A stretch of DNA of 64,000 nt, taken from positions 62,001-126,000 of IMG/VR virus record IMGVR_UViG_3300044796_000662; one strand, given 5' to 3'. A program made the position numbers and the translations under genes. The notes below the pieces were generated by a model. That model was not told the origin of the DNA. It searched no databases and saw only the letters and a program-made list of their open reading frames with translations. Positions 1 to 8,656 of this stretch are shown here, piece after piece; within the stretch, counting starts at the first letter, position 1; each line of letters begins with the position of its first letter.

Positions 1-2
1 AG

Positions 3-647
3 ATCCTGCCCGACCCCGAGGTCAAGGCCAAGATCATGAACCGCAACGGCAAGTACGTCACCCGGCCCGACTCGGGCAATCCGGCCAGCATCCTGTGCGG
101 GATCCCGGGCTCGTACCGCAGCGACTACAACAAAACTCCCGCCGAGAAGGGCGTCATCGAGTTGCTGTGGGAGACCTTCGGCGGCACCGTGACTTCAACG
201 GGGCACCGCTTGCTCGACTCCCACGTGGGGGCCATCTACGGGGACTCGATCACCCGGGAGCGTGGACAGGAGATCACTAGCCGCCTCGATGAGCAGAGGT
301 TCGCTTCGGCCAACGTCGTCTACGGCATCGGCTCGTACACGTACCAGTACGTCACTCGCGATACCTACGGTTTCGCGATGAAGGCTACGTACGTCGAGAT
401 CAACGGCAAGGGCAAGGACATCTTCAAGAGCCCCAAGACCGACGACGGGGTGAAGCACTCCGCCCGCGGTCGCCTCGCTGTGCTCCGGGGCTCGGACGGC
501 GAGATGCACCTCGTCGAACAGGCGACGCCCGAGCAGGAGGCGATGTCCCTTCTGCGCCCCGTCTGGAAGGACGGCAAGCCGCTCCTGCACGAGACCTTCG
601 ACATGGTACGCGCAACCGCCAGGCTCGCCCTGGCAGAACCGGCCTGA
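3..647 (+). CDS. nadV: Nicotinamide phosphoribosyltransferase, C-terminal part (5' end outside window)
   Basis: Motifs GAIYGDSIT, NVVYGIGSYTYQYVTRDTYGFAMKAT and FKSPKTDDGVKHSARGRL are typical of NAMPT. The frame is open back to the window edge. Confidence 0.9.
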   Translation: MLPDPEVKAKIMNRNGKYVTRPDSGNPASILCGIPGSYRSDYNKTPAEKGVIELLWETFGGTVTSTGHRLLDSHVGAIYGDSITRERGQEITSRLDEQRFASANVVYGIGSYTYQYVTRDTYGFAMKATYVEINGKGKDIFKSPKTDDGVKHSARGRLAVLRGSDGEMHLVEQATPEQEAMSLLRPVWKDGKPLLHETFDMVRATARLALAEPA

Positions 648-648
648 C

Positions 649-1290
649 ATGCCCCACATTGTCCCTCACGAAGAGACGAACGAGCAGCGGTACAAGCGCC
701 AGAACAAAGAGCGCGAGGACCGCATCGCCGCCTGCCCCATCAAGGAGACCAACCTCCTGTCGATCAGCCGGGGCACGGACAAGTGCATCTCGTACGTCAC
801 CCTCGATTGGGGAGATAACGACGACCGCATCACCTGGCTCACGTTCGGTGAGGCGTCCCTTCGCACGAACGATCGCCGGGATGGTCGGTGGAACCTCGAA
901 GCCCGCATGGGCCTCGGCGCCACGGACCCTGAGCACGACACCGCGTTCGCACTTCGGTTGCCGCTCATCGGCGTCGAGTTCGAATGGGCTGATCACCACC
1001 AGTTCCGGTTCCACGGGTTCGTGGACCCTAGCGCTGGGGAAGGGCGCCACCCGACCTTTCACGTCCCGCTGCCCGGATACAACCCGACCAAGCATCCCAA
1101 GGCCGAGATGTGCGACGGGATCTACAACGAAAAGGCGGGGAAGTATTGCAAGTGGAACGACAAGAAGAAGCACGTCATCGTGCCGGAGGGCTTCTACGTC
1201 CCACCGTTCAACGCTGACCTGTTCAAGCTCGTGGCGGGCCTGCGGGTCTCGATCATCATGGGCAAGAACCACGACAAGGACGACGAGTAG
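649..1290 (+). CDS. Hypothetical protein
   Basis: 213 aa, starts 1 nt after the NAMPT stop, GC3-rich codons. Confidence 0.7.
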   Translation: MPHIVPHEETNEQRYKRQNKEREDRIAACPIKETNLLSISRGTDKCISYVTLDWGDNDDRITWLTFGEASLRTNDRRDGRWNLEARMGLGATDPEHDTAFALRLPLIGVEFEWADHHQFRFHGFVDPSAGEGRHPTFHVPLPGYNPTKHPKAEMCDGIYNEKAGKYCKWNDKKKHVIVPEGFYVPPFNADLFKLVAGLRVSIIMGKNHDKDDE

Positions 1291-1332
1291 GAAATTTGGC
1301 CCTCGAAACCTGAAGCCCGTACGCTCGGGGGC

Positions 1333-1572
1333 ATGAAGGTCACATTCGCTGTCGAACTAGACGTAGACGAAGAACTCCCGGCGTCCGAAGCCCACGACCG
1401 CATGACCGCCCTGCGTGTGCTCGTTCACGTGGCCGCCAAGTCTTGCTTCCAGGGCGTAACTGTGCGACCCATTCAAGCTCAACTGTCCGCTAGGGGAAAC
1501 CATGCTGAAGATCATCCGCGTCCTGCCTCTTGTCCTGTTCACCCTCCTCTTCTCCGGGCTCGGGCAGGCTGA
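1333..1572 (+). CDS. Small hypothetical protein
   Basis: 79 aa, preceded by GGGGG; the 3' end overlaps the next gene. Confidence 0.45.
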   Translation: MKVTFAVELDVDEELPASEAHDRMTALRVLVHVAAKSCFQGVTVRPIQAQLSARGNHAEDHPRPASCPVHPPLLRARAG

Positions 1573-1873
1573 CAACAGCTCCGCGATCCTCAAGGCCATC
1601 TCGGAGTGCTTCCACCCGCTCTCGGACTACGTGGACGGGTACATCGGGAGCCCCTACCCGGTGGGCGAGCACACGCGGGCCATGGACGGAAGCCTCCGCT
1701 ACCGTCAGCTCGACAACCACGTGAAGCGGATGCCCTTCCAGCTTCAAGTGCGTGACGTGGACGGAGAGCGCATGTGGCGCGTCGTGCCCGACGACGAGGG
1801 TGACAACGGCCAGTTCGGACCCAGCGCCTCATGCAACATGCGGCAGTGGCATAGCAGCGGATCGGGAAACTGA
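1502..1873 (+). CDS. Putative secreted/periplasmic protein
   Basis: Signal-peptide-like N-terminus MLKIIRVLPLVLFTLLFSGLGQA; GGGGA SD. Confidence 0.65.
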   Translation: MLKIIRVLPLVLFTLLFSGLGQADNSSAILKAISECFHPLSDYVDGYIGSPYPVGEHTRAMDGSLRYRQLDNHVKRMPFQLQVRDVDGERMWRVVPDDEGDNGQFGPSASCNMRQWHSSGSGN

Positions 1874-1885
1874 CTGACCTGCTCG

Positions 1886-2116
1886 ATGAACAACTACCTC
1901 GAACGCCGCGAGTTCCGCAGGTACGACCAGAGTACCGGGACTCTCAATCCGCCGCGCACCACAGCCCCGTGCTTCGTCGGACGGCATGACAGGTGTAAAG
2001 GGCGCTGCTTACCGCCTGTCGAATACTACCTCGCGAGTGAGATCGTTCCTGGCTCAGATGGGACCGTTGCGTGCGAATGTCCCTGCCATCCTGTGGTAGT
2101 GGTCCCGGAGGAGTGA
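1886..2116 (+). CDS. Small Cys-rich hypothetical protein
   Basis: 76 aa with CxxxxHxxC and CxCxCH; fills the gap before the next gene. Confidence 0.5.
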   Translation: MNNYLERREFRRYDQSTGTLNPPRTTAPCFVGRHDRCKGRCLPPVEYYLASEIVPGSDGTVACECPCHPVVVVPEE

Positions 2117-2117
2117 C

Positions 2118-2768
2118 ATGATCCGCGCCATCGGCTTTGAAGGTGTCCCTGGTCCGCAGCGTCAACCCGCACGTCTCGCGGGCATCTTCGTGGACGAGGA
2201 CAACTGCCGTGTGACCTGGAAGGGCAACGGTTTTCGTCGCATGTCCAACCGGACCGTAACTCATCTCCCGGCCAGCTCCACAACCCGCATCGAGCCGCCC
2301 ATCGAGGCGATCGTGGACTCCGCCTTCCTCGTGCTCGATAGCCGTGACCTGGAAGTGTGGCAGGCTGCCGCTTTCCAGAACGAGCCCCCGAACGCTCTGC
2401 CCGGCCCCGAGAAAGTCCGCGACCAAATGCGGGCCATCGGTGGGATGTGCCATGCGTGGCTCTGCACGCCACCGGCCGCCCTGCGTGTGCTTGGCGTGCT
2501 CCGCGACGCCGCCATTTGGGACCTATCCGCAGCGCTGGCGAAGAGCGACGACATCCGGGTCTACGAGCTGGCTTGGCGCGTCCACCGCTGCGCTGTCAAC
2601 GACGACGACATCTTCATCGTCGCCGCTGCCCTGGAGCAGTCCATCCACCCTGACCGCGCTACCGACTTGCTCAAGGGGCACTTCTACGAGATGCCGCCCA
2701 CTGCTCAGGAGTCCGCACTCAGCCTCGCCAGGACACGGCTTGACGCGCTCAAGAGCCTAGTCCCCTAG
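2118..2768 (+). CDS. Hypothetical protein
   Basis: 216 aa, GGAGGAG SD upstream. Confidence 0.7.
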   Translation: MIRAIGFEGVPGPQRQPARLAGIFVDEDNCRVTWKGNGFRRMSNRTVTHLPASSTTRIEPPIEAIVDSAFLVLDSRDLEVWQAAAFQNEPPNALPGPEKVRDQMRAIGGMCHAWLCTPPAALRVLGVLRDAAIWDLSAALAKSDDIRVYELAWRVHRCAVNDDDIFIVAAALEQSIHPDRATDLLKGHFYEMPPTAQESALSLARTRLDALKSLVP

Positions 2769-3098
2769 ATCATCTTCCTCAGGTCCGCGGTCTTCCAGGA
2801 CGATGTAACCCGGATGAAGACCATCATGAACCTCGCGATGGCATCGACAACAGAGCAGGACGCACTTGTCCAGCTCGCGTTGAACGCGAACCCATGAGGA
2901 CACGCCGGACGAGATTTCGAAGTCCTTCTCCTGCGGGTCGAGATGGTGGAAGTCGAAGGCGGCCGGCGACTTGTCGTAGCCGCAGATCGCACAGCGACCA
3001 CCCTTGTAAGCGACCGCTCGATCTCGTAGGTCCCGGCGACGACTAGCGGCCTTCTGTCGCCGCTGCCAGCGCTCCTCATCCGATTTCACCGAGGCCAT
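2757..3098 (-). CDS. HNH endonuclease
   Basis: YKGGRCAICGY, FDFHHLDPQEKDF and CVLLCCRCHREVH. Start moved to ATG 3098 because the upstream extension is the antisense of the next gene. Confidence 0.85.
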   Translation of the reverse strand: MASVKSDEERWQRRQKAASRRRDLRDRAVAYKGGRCAICGYDKSPAAFDFHHLDPQEKDFEISSGVSSWVRVQRELDKCVLLCCRCHREVHDGLHPGYIVLEDRGPEEDDLGD

Positions 3099-3128
3099 CG
3101 CCTGCCCCGGTGTACAAGTAGGAAGACG

Positions 3129-3746
3129 ATGTTCTTTCGAGACGAAGACGACGATCTGCGCCGCACACCGCCTCGCAACCTCGGCATCGAGGCAGGCTTG
3201 AACGATCGTGAACGAGCGCAGGCGGCGTACGACCGGATGATGCGGAGCCACCCCGGCCAGATGATGGACTCCGGGGTCACCGTGGACGATGTGCTGAAGA
3301 AGCCGTTGCCAACCCCGCCACCTCGTCCTGCCAAGCCTGAAGAACCCACGGGTGCGATGGCCCGCTACACCGCTCGCATCGAGAAGTTCGAGAAAGACGG
3401 GCGTCCCATGCCCCGTCTTCGGCATCATGCCCTCTGGCTCCTGCACAACTGCGTGGCGCACCCACTTCTGGCCGTGACAGGCAAGAACGTTCAGCCGCTC
3501 GCCGTCGAGTTCCACGAGTTGACGAGCCAGTGGCTCAATCACAAGAGGGCCGCCAATGTTCCAGGTGGCCCCGTGGAACGCCGTGACCGCTTCCTCCAGA
3601 TCATGATGCCCCAGGTCGAGAACGAAGGCTCCTGGTTCATCCACAATGTCCTCGCCCACGTGGCCATCGGCCTCGTGCCCTGCAAGACCACCTTCGACCT
3701 GCACGACTGGAGCGCCGAAGTGATGGGCGTTCCTGGATGGGTCTGA
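3129..3746 (+). CDS. Hypothetical protein with tandem WxxHNxxAH...H(D/E) repeats
   Basis: Two internal repeats (WLLHNCVAHP, WFIHNVLAHV); CGGTGTA motif and AGGA SD upstream. Confidence 0.7.
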   Translation: MFFRDEDDDLRRTPPRNLGIEAGLNDRERAQAAYDRMMRSHPGQMMDSGVTVDDVLKKPLPTPPPRPAKPEEPTGAMARYTARIEKFEKDGRPMPRLRHHALWLLHNCVAHPLLAVTGKNVQPLAVEFHELTSQWLNHKRAANVPGGPVERRDRFLQIMMPQVENEGSWFIHNVLAHVAIGLVPCKTTFDLHDWSAEVMGVPGWV

Positions 3747-4432
3747 GCGAGAAGGTCGCCGCTGCCATCGAGGCCGCCGACTTCGTGGTGGGGTCGGACG
3801 AGTGCGGATACGGTGCCTGGGCCGGTCCCCTGGTCGTCTGCGCGGCCGTTCTGCCCAAGGCGTGGCCCTACGTCCACCTGGTCCGAGACTCGAAGCAGGT
3901 GCGGACTGAGGAGCAGCGCGAGGCCATTGCCAGGCAGATCCTCCCGCACCTCACCTACGAGATCCTGAGCGTCCCTCCCGAGGACATCGACCGCATCGGC
4001 GTGTCCAAGGTGCTGCCTTGGGCGCACGGCAAGGTGCTCGACCTGGTCATCGCGAAGCACGAGGCGTCGGGTGCCAGGGGCCAGCGTATCGTCATCGTAG
4101 ACGGCTCGCTGAGCATCCTCTACGGCGAAGGCCAGAAGGCGATCTCGGTCGTCAAGGGCGACTCCCTCGTCACAGCGGTGTCCGCGGCCAGCATCCTCGG
4201 CAAGGTCGCCAGAGACACGACCATGATCGCCTTGGCGGCCAAGTTCCCCGGCTACGGCTTCGAGAGCCATAAGGGCTACGGTGGCGGAGACGACCACGCG
4301 CACACCCTCGCGCTAGAGAAGCTCGGCCCCTGCGAGATCCACCGCAAGAGCTACAGCCCGGTCCGGAACCGGATGCAAGGCCCGAGCACGAGCCTCTTCG
4401 ATCTGGCGATGAGCGGAGAGCTGGACGACTAA
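3737..4432 (+). CDS. rnhB: Ribonuclease HII
   Basis: GSDECGYGAWAGP, DSKQ, IVDG, GDSLVTAVSAASILGKVARD, HKGYG, HRKSY. Confidence 0.92.
   Translation: MGLSEKVAAAIEAADFVVGSDECGYGAWAGPLVVCAAVLPKAWPYVHLVRDSKQVRTEEQREAIARQILPHLTYEILSVPPEDIDRIGVSKVLPWAHGKVLDLVIAKHEASGARGQRIVIVDGSLSILYGEGQKAISVVKGDSLVTAVSAASILGKVARDTTMIALAAKFPGYGFESHKGYGGGDDHAHTLALEKLGPCEIHRKSYSPVRNRMQGPSTSLFDLAMSGELDD
4388..4429 (+). repeat. Coding repeat TSLFDLAMSGELDD, copy 1 (copy 2 at 5309..5350)
   Basis: 14 identical codon meanings; every nucleotide difference is synonymous. Confidence 0.9.
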
Positions 4433-4434
4433 CG

Positions 4435-4441
4435 CGGTGTA
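4435..4441 (+). promoter_or_regulatory. Class-2 motif CGGTGTA (dam)
   Basis: 9 nt before GTG; the same motif occurs at 3108 before the gene at 3129. Confidence 0.65.
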
Positions 4442-4450
4442 GGGGGTCGC

Positions 4451-5362
4451 GTGAAACACGCGCACCCGTTCATCAAGTGGGTTGGCGGCAAGACGCAGCT
4501 ATTGCCCAAGCTCCTGGGACTGATCCCGAAAGAGATCAAGACCTACTACGAGCCGTTCCTGGGAGGGGGTGCTGTCTTCTGGGCCCTCGCCAAAGAGGGG
4601 CGCTTCGAGCAGGCCATACTCAACGACTGGAACGAGGAGCTGACCAACACATACAAGGTCGTCCGCGACAAGCCGGAGTCCCTCATCGAGCAGCTCACTA
4701 TCTTCGCGGACGAGTACAAGGCCAACCCAGAGGAGACATTCAGTACCATCCGCGCGTACGACCGCGAGGACATCACGAAGTACAACCCCGTGGTCCGCGC
4801 AGCACGGATGATCTTCCTCAACAAGACCTGCTACAACGGCCTGTACCGGGTGAACAAGGCGGGCCAGTTCAACAGCCCGTTCGGCGAGTTCAAGACTCCG
4901 CCAACCGTCTGTGATGCGCAGAATATCCGGGACTGCTCTGCGGTACTCGAAAAGGTACCAACCATCCACACGGGGGACTTCGCCCTGATCGCAGAGATGG
5001 CGACCGAAGGGGATGTGGTCTACTTCGATCCCCCGTACGAGCCCGTCTCGGACACGGCCGACTTCACCTCATACACGGAGGTTGGCTTCGGACGAGAAGA
5101 CCAGCTCCGGCTGGCCTCCCTGTTCAAGAAGCTCGCCGAGCGTGGCGTCCGGGTGCTCATGTCCAACCACGACACGCCGAGCATCCGCGAGATGTACGCG
5201 GGCTTCGAGGTCATCCAAGTTCCGGCCCGACGCAACATCAACAGCAAGGGCTCGAAGCGCGGGCACGTCATGGAGGTTGTTGTTGTGAGCCACCCGGTGC
5301 CGAAGGACACCAGCTTGTTCGACCTCGCGATGAGCGGGGAGCTGGATGATGCAGCACCATGA
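4451..5362 (+). CDS. dam: Dam-family (D12 class) N6-adenine DNA methyltransferase
   Basis: PFIKWVGGK, YYEPFLGGGAV, YNGLYRVNKAGQFNSPFG, YFDPPY; GTG start. Confidence 0.92.
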   Translation: MKHAHPFIKWVGGKTQLLPKLLGLIPKEIKTYYEPFLGGGAVFWALAKEGRFEQAILNDWNEELTNTYKVVRDKPESLIEQLTIFADEYKANPEETFSTIRAYDREDITKYNPVVRAARMIFLNKTCYNGLYRVNKAGQFNSPFGEFKTPPTVCDAQNIRDCSAVLEKVPTIHTGDFALIAEMATEGDVVYFDPPYEPVSDTADFTSYTEVGFGREDQLRLASLFKKLAERGVRVLMSNHDTPSIREMYAGFEVIQVPARRNINSKGSKRGHVMEVVVVSHPVPKDTSLFDLAMSGELDDAAP

Positions 5363-5715
5363 GGCGGTTCTATCTACGGCGTGACGAAGATCTGAGCGGG
5401 GTCTCAGGGAGCGGAGTCGTCGCCGAGGGTGTGGTGTTCTGGAACGGCAAGTGCGTGCTCAACTGGCGCACGAAGTTCACGAGCACGGCGCACTACGACG
5501 ACCTGGAGACGCTCTTGAACGTGCACGGGCACGGCGGCAAGACCCGGCTCATCTGGTTCGACGACAAGCCTTCGGAGCCGAAGGCCAGCATGGGCGAAGC
5601 CGCTCAACCGGCTTGCTCATTCTGTAGCAAGCTCGCGAACGAGGTGAAGCTCCTCACCTCCGGGTTGCCTTCGTCGCACGCGTACATCTGCGACGAGTGC
5701 AAGGCCAAGCCTTAG
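5359..5715 (+). CDS. Phage hypothetical domain fused to a ClpX-type C4 zinc finger
   Basis: C-terminal CSFC...YICDEC matches the ClpX zinc-binding pattern; ATGA overlap with dam. Confidence 0.72.
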   Translation: MRRFYLRRDEDLSGVSGSGVVAEGVVFWNGKCVLNWRTKFTSTAHYDDLETLLNVHGHGGKTRLIWFDDKPSEPKASMGEAAQPACSFCSKLANEVKLLTSGLPSSHAYICDECKAKP

Positions 5716-6080
5716 CCGAGCTTCGGCGGCTTGGGGAAGTGCAGCCACTTGTTGCGGGCGAGCAGGTCGTAGAGCACCGGCTCCAAGAAGGACACGACCA
5801 TCTCCTCGCGGGCGATCCGGGAGTCCCGAGTTCGGCCGCCGAGGACCTTCTCCTTCATGTCCCCGCTGTGCGCGTGGAAGCACACGTGAAGAAGCTCGTG
5901 GAGGAGCTTCATCTTGAGGAACGCCTCGTCGGGACACCACGAGATCTCGATGGTGCTGGTTTCCTCGTCGTAGTACGCGTCGCAGGGGATCCCATCGAGG
6001 ATGATGGGCTTCTTCGTCAGGTAGACGCGAACCTCACTCCCGTGAGCTGCAACCTTGCACCAGAGGCGACGCCCCTTCAT
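5712..6080 (-). CDS. Small HExxH (zincin-like) protein
   Basis: LLHELLHVCFH plus a downstream REE; GAGAGG SD. Confidence 0.62.
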   Translation of the reverse strand: MKGRRLWCKVAAHGSEVRVYLTKKPIILDGIPCDAYYDEETSTIEISWCPDEAFLKMKLLHELLHVCFHAHSGDMKEKVLGGRTRDSRIAREEMVVSFLEPVLYDLLARNKWLHFPKPPKLG

Positions 6081-6089
6081 CGCGGCCTC

Positions 6090-7382
6090 TCACTTCCCAC
6101 CCCGAGAGACGGGGATCTCCTCCCGGTAGGCCGTGTCGTCCTCGATGATCTGCGGCTTCTCCATCTCGAAGTACGCGCGGTACTCGTGGATGAAGGACCG
6201 CAAGGTCCCGTGTGACGTCAGGTCCCAGGAAAGGATCATCCCTCCGATCGCCGGCGCGCCGCCAAGCGACTTGGAGAAGGCGCTACCGCCACCTTGGAAC
6301 GTCGGACACGCCACCGCGTGGACTCCGCGCTCGTAGACGTGGCAGTACACGTGCCAGTGACCTGCCAGGAGGATGTTCGGCTTCTCGCCCGAAGCGTACT
6401 TCTCGACGTGCTTCTGGAGGGCGTACGAGCGGGCGTACGACACACCCGAACGCGGGTGCCAAAGGTGGACGATGGCGCCCTTGACCTTGAGGAAGGCCCC
6501 GCGGTTGCCGTAGAAGTGCAGGTCGTTGCGGCCGCGCTTGCGGAAGTAGCCGGTCAGGAAGTGGCCGACGTCCACGCCCGAGTTCTCGGTGAACGTGAAG
6601 TCGTGGTTGCCGGTGATGGCCCGGTAGTTGAGCCCCGGCAGTTGCGGTAGGGTCTCGAAGAGATCCCGCGCTTGGTCGTCCAGACCCACGTGCGATACCT
6701 CGAAGACGCCGTGCCTGTACATACCGTCGAGAACGTCGCCCGGGTGCAGGATCTCCCTCACACCTTGCTCGTAGGCGTAGTGGACGAACTCCTTGAGCTG
6801 CTCCCGCATGCAGTATTTGGAGCCGAGGTGCGTGTCCGAGATGACACCGACCTTCTGGCGCTCTCCGATGACCGGAGCGATGCCCACCTGGCGCACGCGC
6901 TCTTCAGGCTGCGCGGAGCGGATACCGACGTGGTTGTTCTCCACGTGCAGCCGGATCCCCATCTCCTTCGCTTGCTCGATGAGCCCGCGCGTCTTGGACG
7001 GAGACAGGTCCAGCTTGTCGCACAGGTCGGCGAAGACCACTGGACCACGCCGGGAGACCTGCACGAGCTTGTGTAGGGGACTTCCTGGGTCGAACCCGTT
7101 GTCGTCCTCGCCCTCGTCGTCATCCTCTTCGTCAGCGGCATTGTTGGGGCCGCTAGCGTTGGGGGACATTCTGTCCTGTTCATCGGACTCATCGTCCTCT
7201 GCACAGTACGTAGAGGGAGGTCCCAGCTCGTGTCTCAGGAACACTGACCTGAGCGCGTGTGCTGTTACATCACGGCCGATGACTCGTTGAATCTCTTCAA
7301 CTGCATCGCGAAAGCGCCCGACTGAGTATTTACGCAGGATCTCTTTGGCTCGCCTGAGATCCGCCCCCGTCCATACAACCAT
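6090..7382 (-). CDS. Calcineurin-like metallophosphoesterase with N-terminal HTH-like region
   Basis: ISDTHLGS, GDVLDG, GNHD, HP and AGHWH motifs. Confidence 0.88.
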   Translation of the reverse strand: MVVWTGADLRRAKEILRKYSVGRFRDAVEEIQRVIGRDVTAHALRSVFLRHELGPPSTYCAEDDESDEQDRMSPNASGPNNAADEEDDDEGEDDNGFDPGSPLHKLVQVSRRGPVVFADLCDKLDLSPSKTRGLIEQAKEMGIRLHVENNHVGIRSAQPEERVRQVGIAPVIGERQKVGVISDTHLGSKYCMREQLKEFVHYAYEQGVREILHPGDVLDGMYRHGVFEVSHVGLDDQARDLFETLPQLPGLNYRAITGNHDFTFTENSGVDVGHFLTGYFRKRGRNDLHFYGNRGAFLKVKGAIVHLWHPRSGVSYARSYALQKHVEKYASGEKPNILLAGHWHVYCHVYERGVHAVACPTFQGGGSAFSKSLGGAPAIGGMILSWDLTSHGTLRSFIHEYRAYFEMEKPQIIEDDTAYREEIPVSRGGK

Positions 7383-7486
7383 CGGAGTCTCCGGTTGGGT
7401 AGCGCCGTCGAGATCCGGATGCGGATTCGATCTAGCAAGGCCCTGGATTTACCGAGCCTTGCTAGATGAACCCTATAGAGAGAACC

Positions 7487-8578
7487 TTACGTGGGGTTCG
7501 AGTTCAGATACCCAATCCACTCGCAGACCCCCATTTTGATGTAGCGTTCGAGGTGGTGCAGTCCCTCTTCCGCTCCATGTGTGTCCCACAAGAGATGGGA
7601 GCCCACGCGAGAGATCTCCTCGGCGGAGTCGGGGTTCGCGTGCCACGAGCTGGGGGTCCATTCGATGGCCGGTCCGACAACGCTCGGAACACCTTCCGTA
7701 GCAGCGTCGGCGGTCACGATGTTGAACGTTTCCGTGAACGAGACCTGGAGGCAGAGGTCCATGTGCCCTACCGTGTGGCGGAACGAGGACCACTCCTCCC
7801 ACGGAACCTCAACGATCTTCGCCCAGCGCAGGCCGGAGAACATGTTGCGGACCGTGTGCAGAACGCTGCCGCCCTGCGAGTTCTCCTTGCGGCCGACGTT
7901 CATGTAGAACTCCAGATCGGAGCCCCGACGTTCGGCCATCATGAGAGCGGCCGCCGCAGCGGTCGAGTGGTTCTTCAAGAGGCGCAGCGCGCCGAAGCTG
8001 CCGATGCGCAGATTGCGGTGGCTGTGGCTCTCATCGCGCTTGCGGTTCACCCGCTCGACGTCGTAGAGGTTCGGCAGGTAGAGGCAGCGCGACGAGTACG
8101 TCTTCTGGAGGAACTCCTGGAGACGGCGCGTGTTGCAGGCAACGCTCAGATTGAGCTGCACATCCTGCAACTGGAGCATCTCGCGCAGAAGCTTCACTGC
8201 CCCCGGCTCCACCTGAAGGAACCCGATCTGGGAGTGCGACCGCACGATGAAGTGAACGTGGGGGAACTCCGTGAGAAGCTCCGCCATCTCGTTCGTCTTG
8301 ACCCAGAACGCCTCGATGAGGAGGTGTGAGGGCGCGTACTGTTGAAGAACCTTGCGCAGACCATCGACGTCCCAGACCGGGGCGATGTCGCAGCGAATGT
8401 GGTGCTTACGGAGCACCTTCGCCGTCTGCAACGCGTTGATACCGAGGCCGCGGTGACAGAAGTAACCGCCTCCCTCGCTGCCGTAGTCGTCGCCGTAATC
8501 CCCATACGACTTGAAGTCGCGGTAGCAGATGACGACGTGTGCTCGCTCTTTCTTGTGATCCAGATAGTGCATGTTCAT
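7487..8578 (-). CDS. GT-B fold (GT4-like) glycosyltransferase
   Basis: GSFGALRLLKN and DLCLQVSFTETFNIVTADAATEGVPSV (E-x7-D signature). By SD spacing the start may be ATG 8572. Confidence 0.75.
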   Translation of the reverse strand: MNMHYLDHKKERAHVVICYRDFKSYGDYGDDYGSEGGGYFCHRGLGINALQTAKVLRKHHIRCDIAPVWDVDGLRKVLQQYAPSHLLIEAFWVKTNEMAELLTEFPHVHFIVRSHSQIGFLQVEPGAVKLLREMLQLQDVQLNLSVACNTRRLQEFLQKTYSSRCLYLPNLYDVERVNRKRDESHSHRNLRIGSFGALRLLKNHSTAAAAALMMAERRGSDLEFYMNVGRKENSQGGSVLHTVRNMFSGLRWAKIVEVPWEEWSSFRHTVGHMDLCLQVSFTETFNIVTADAATEGVPSVVGPAIEWTPSSWHANPDSAEEISRVGSHLLWDTHGAEEGLHHLERYIKMGVCEWIGYLNSNPT

Positions 8579-8656
8579 CCTGCCGCCGGCCTTTGCCCTT
8601 AGGTCCCAGCGGCAACCTCGCTAAGGCGGTGGCAAAAGGTGAACTATCGCCAACAG

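Noticed and set aside
8585-8645. c-di-GMP-I riboswitch (GGCAAA word)
   Set aside because: The two-hairpin GNRA/receptor architecture is not recognisable; kept only as a generic hairpin
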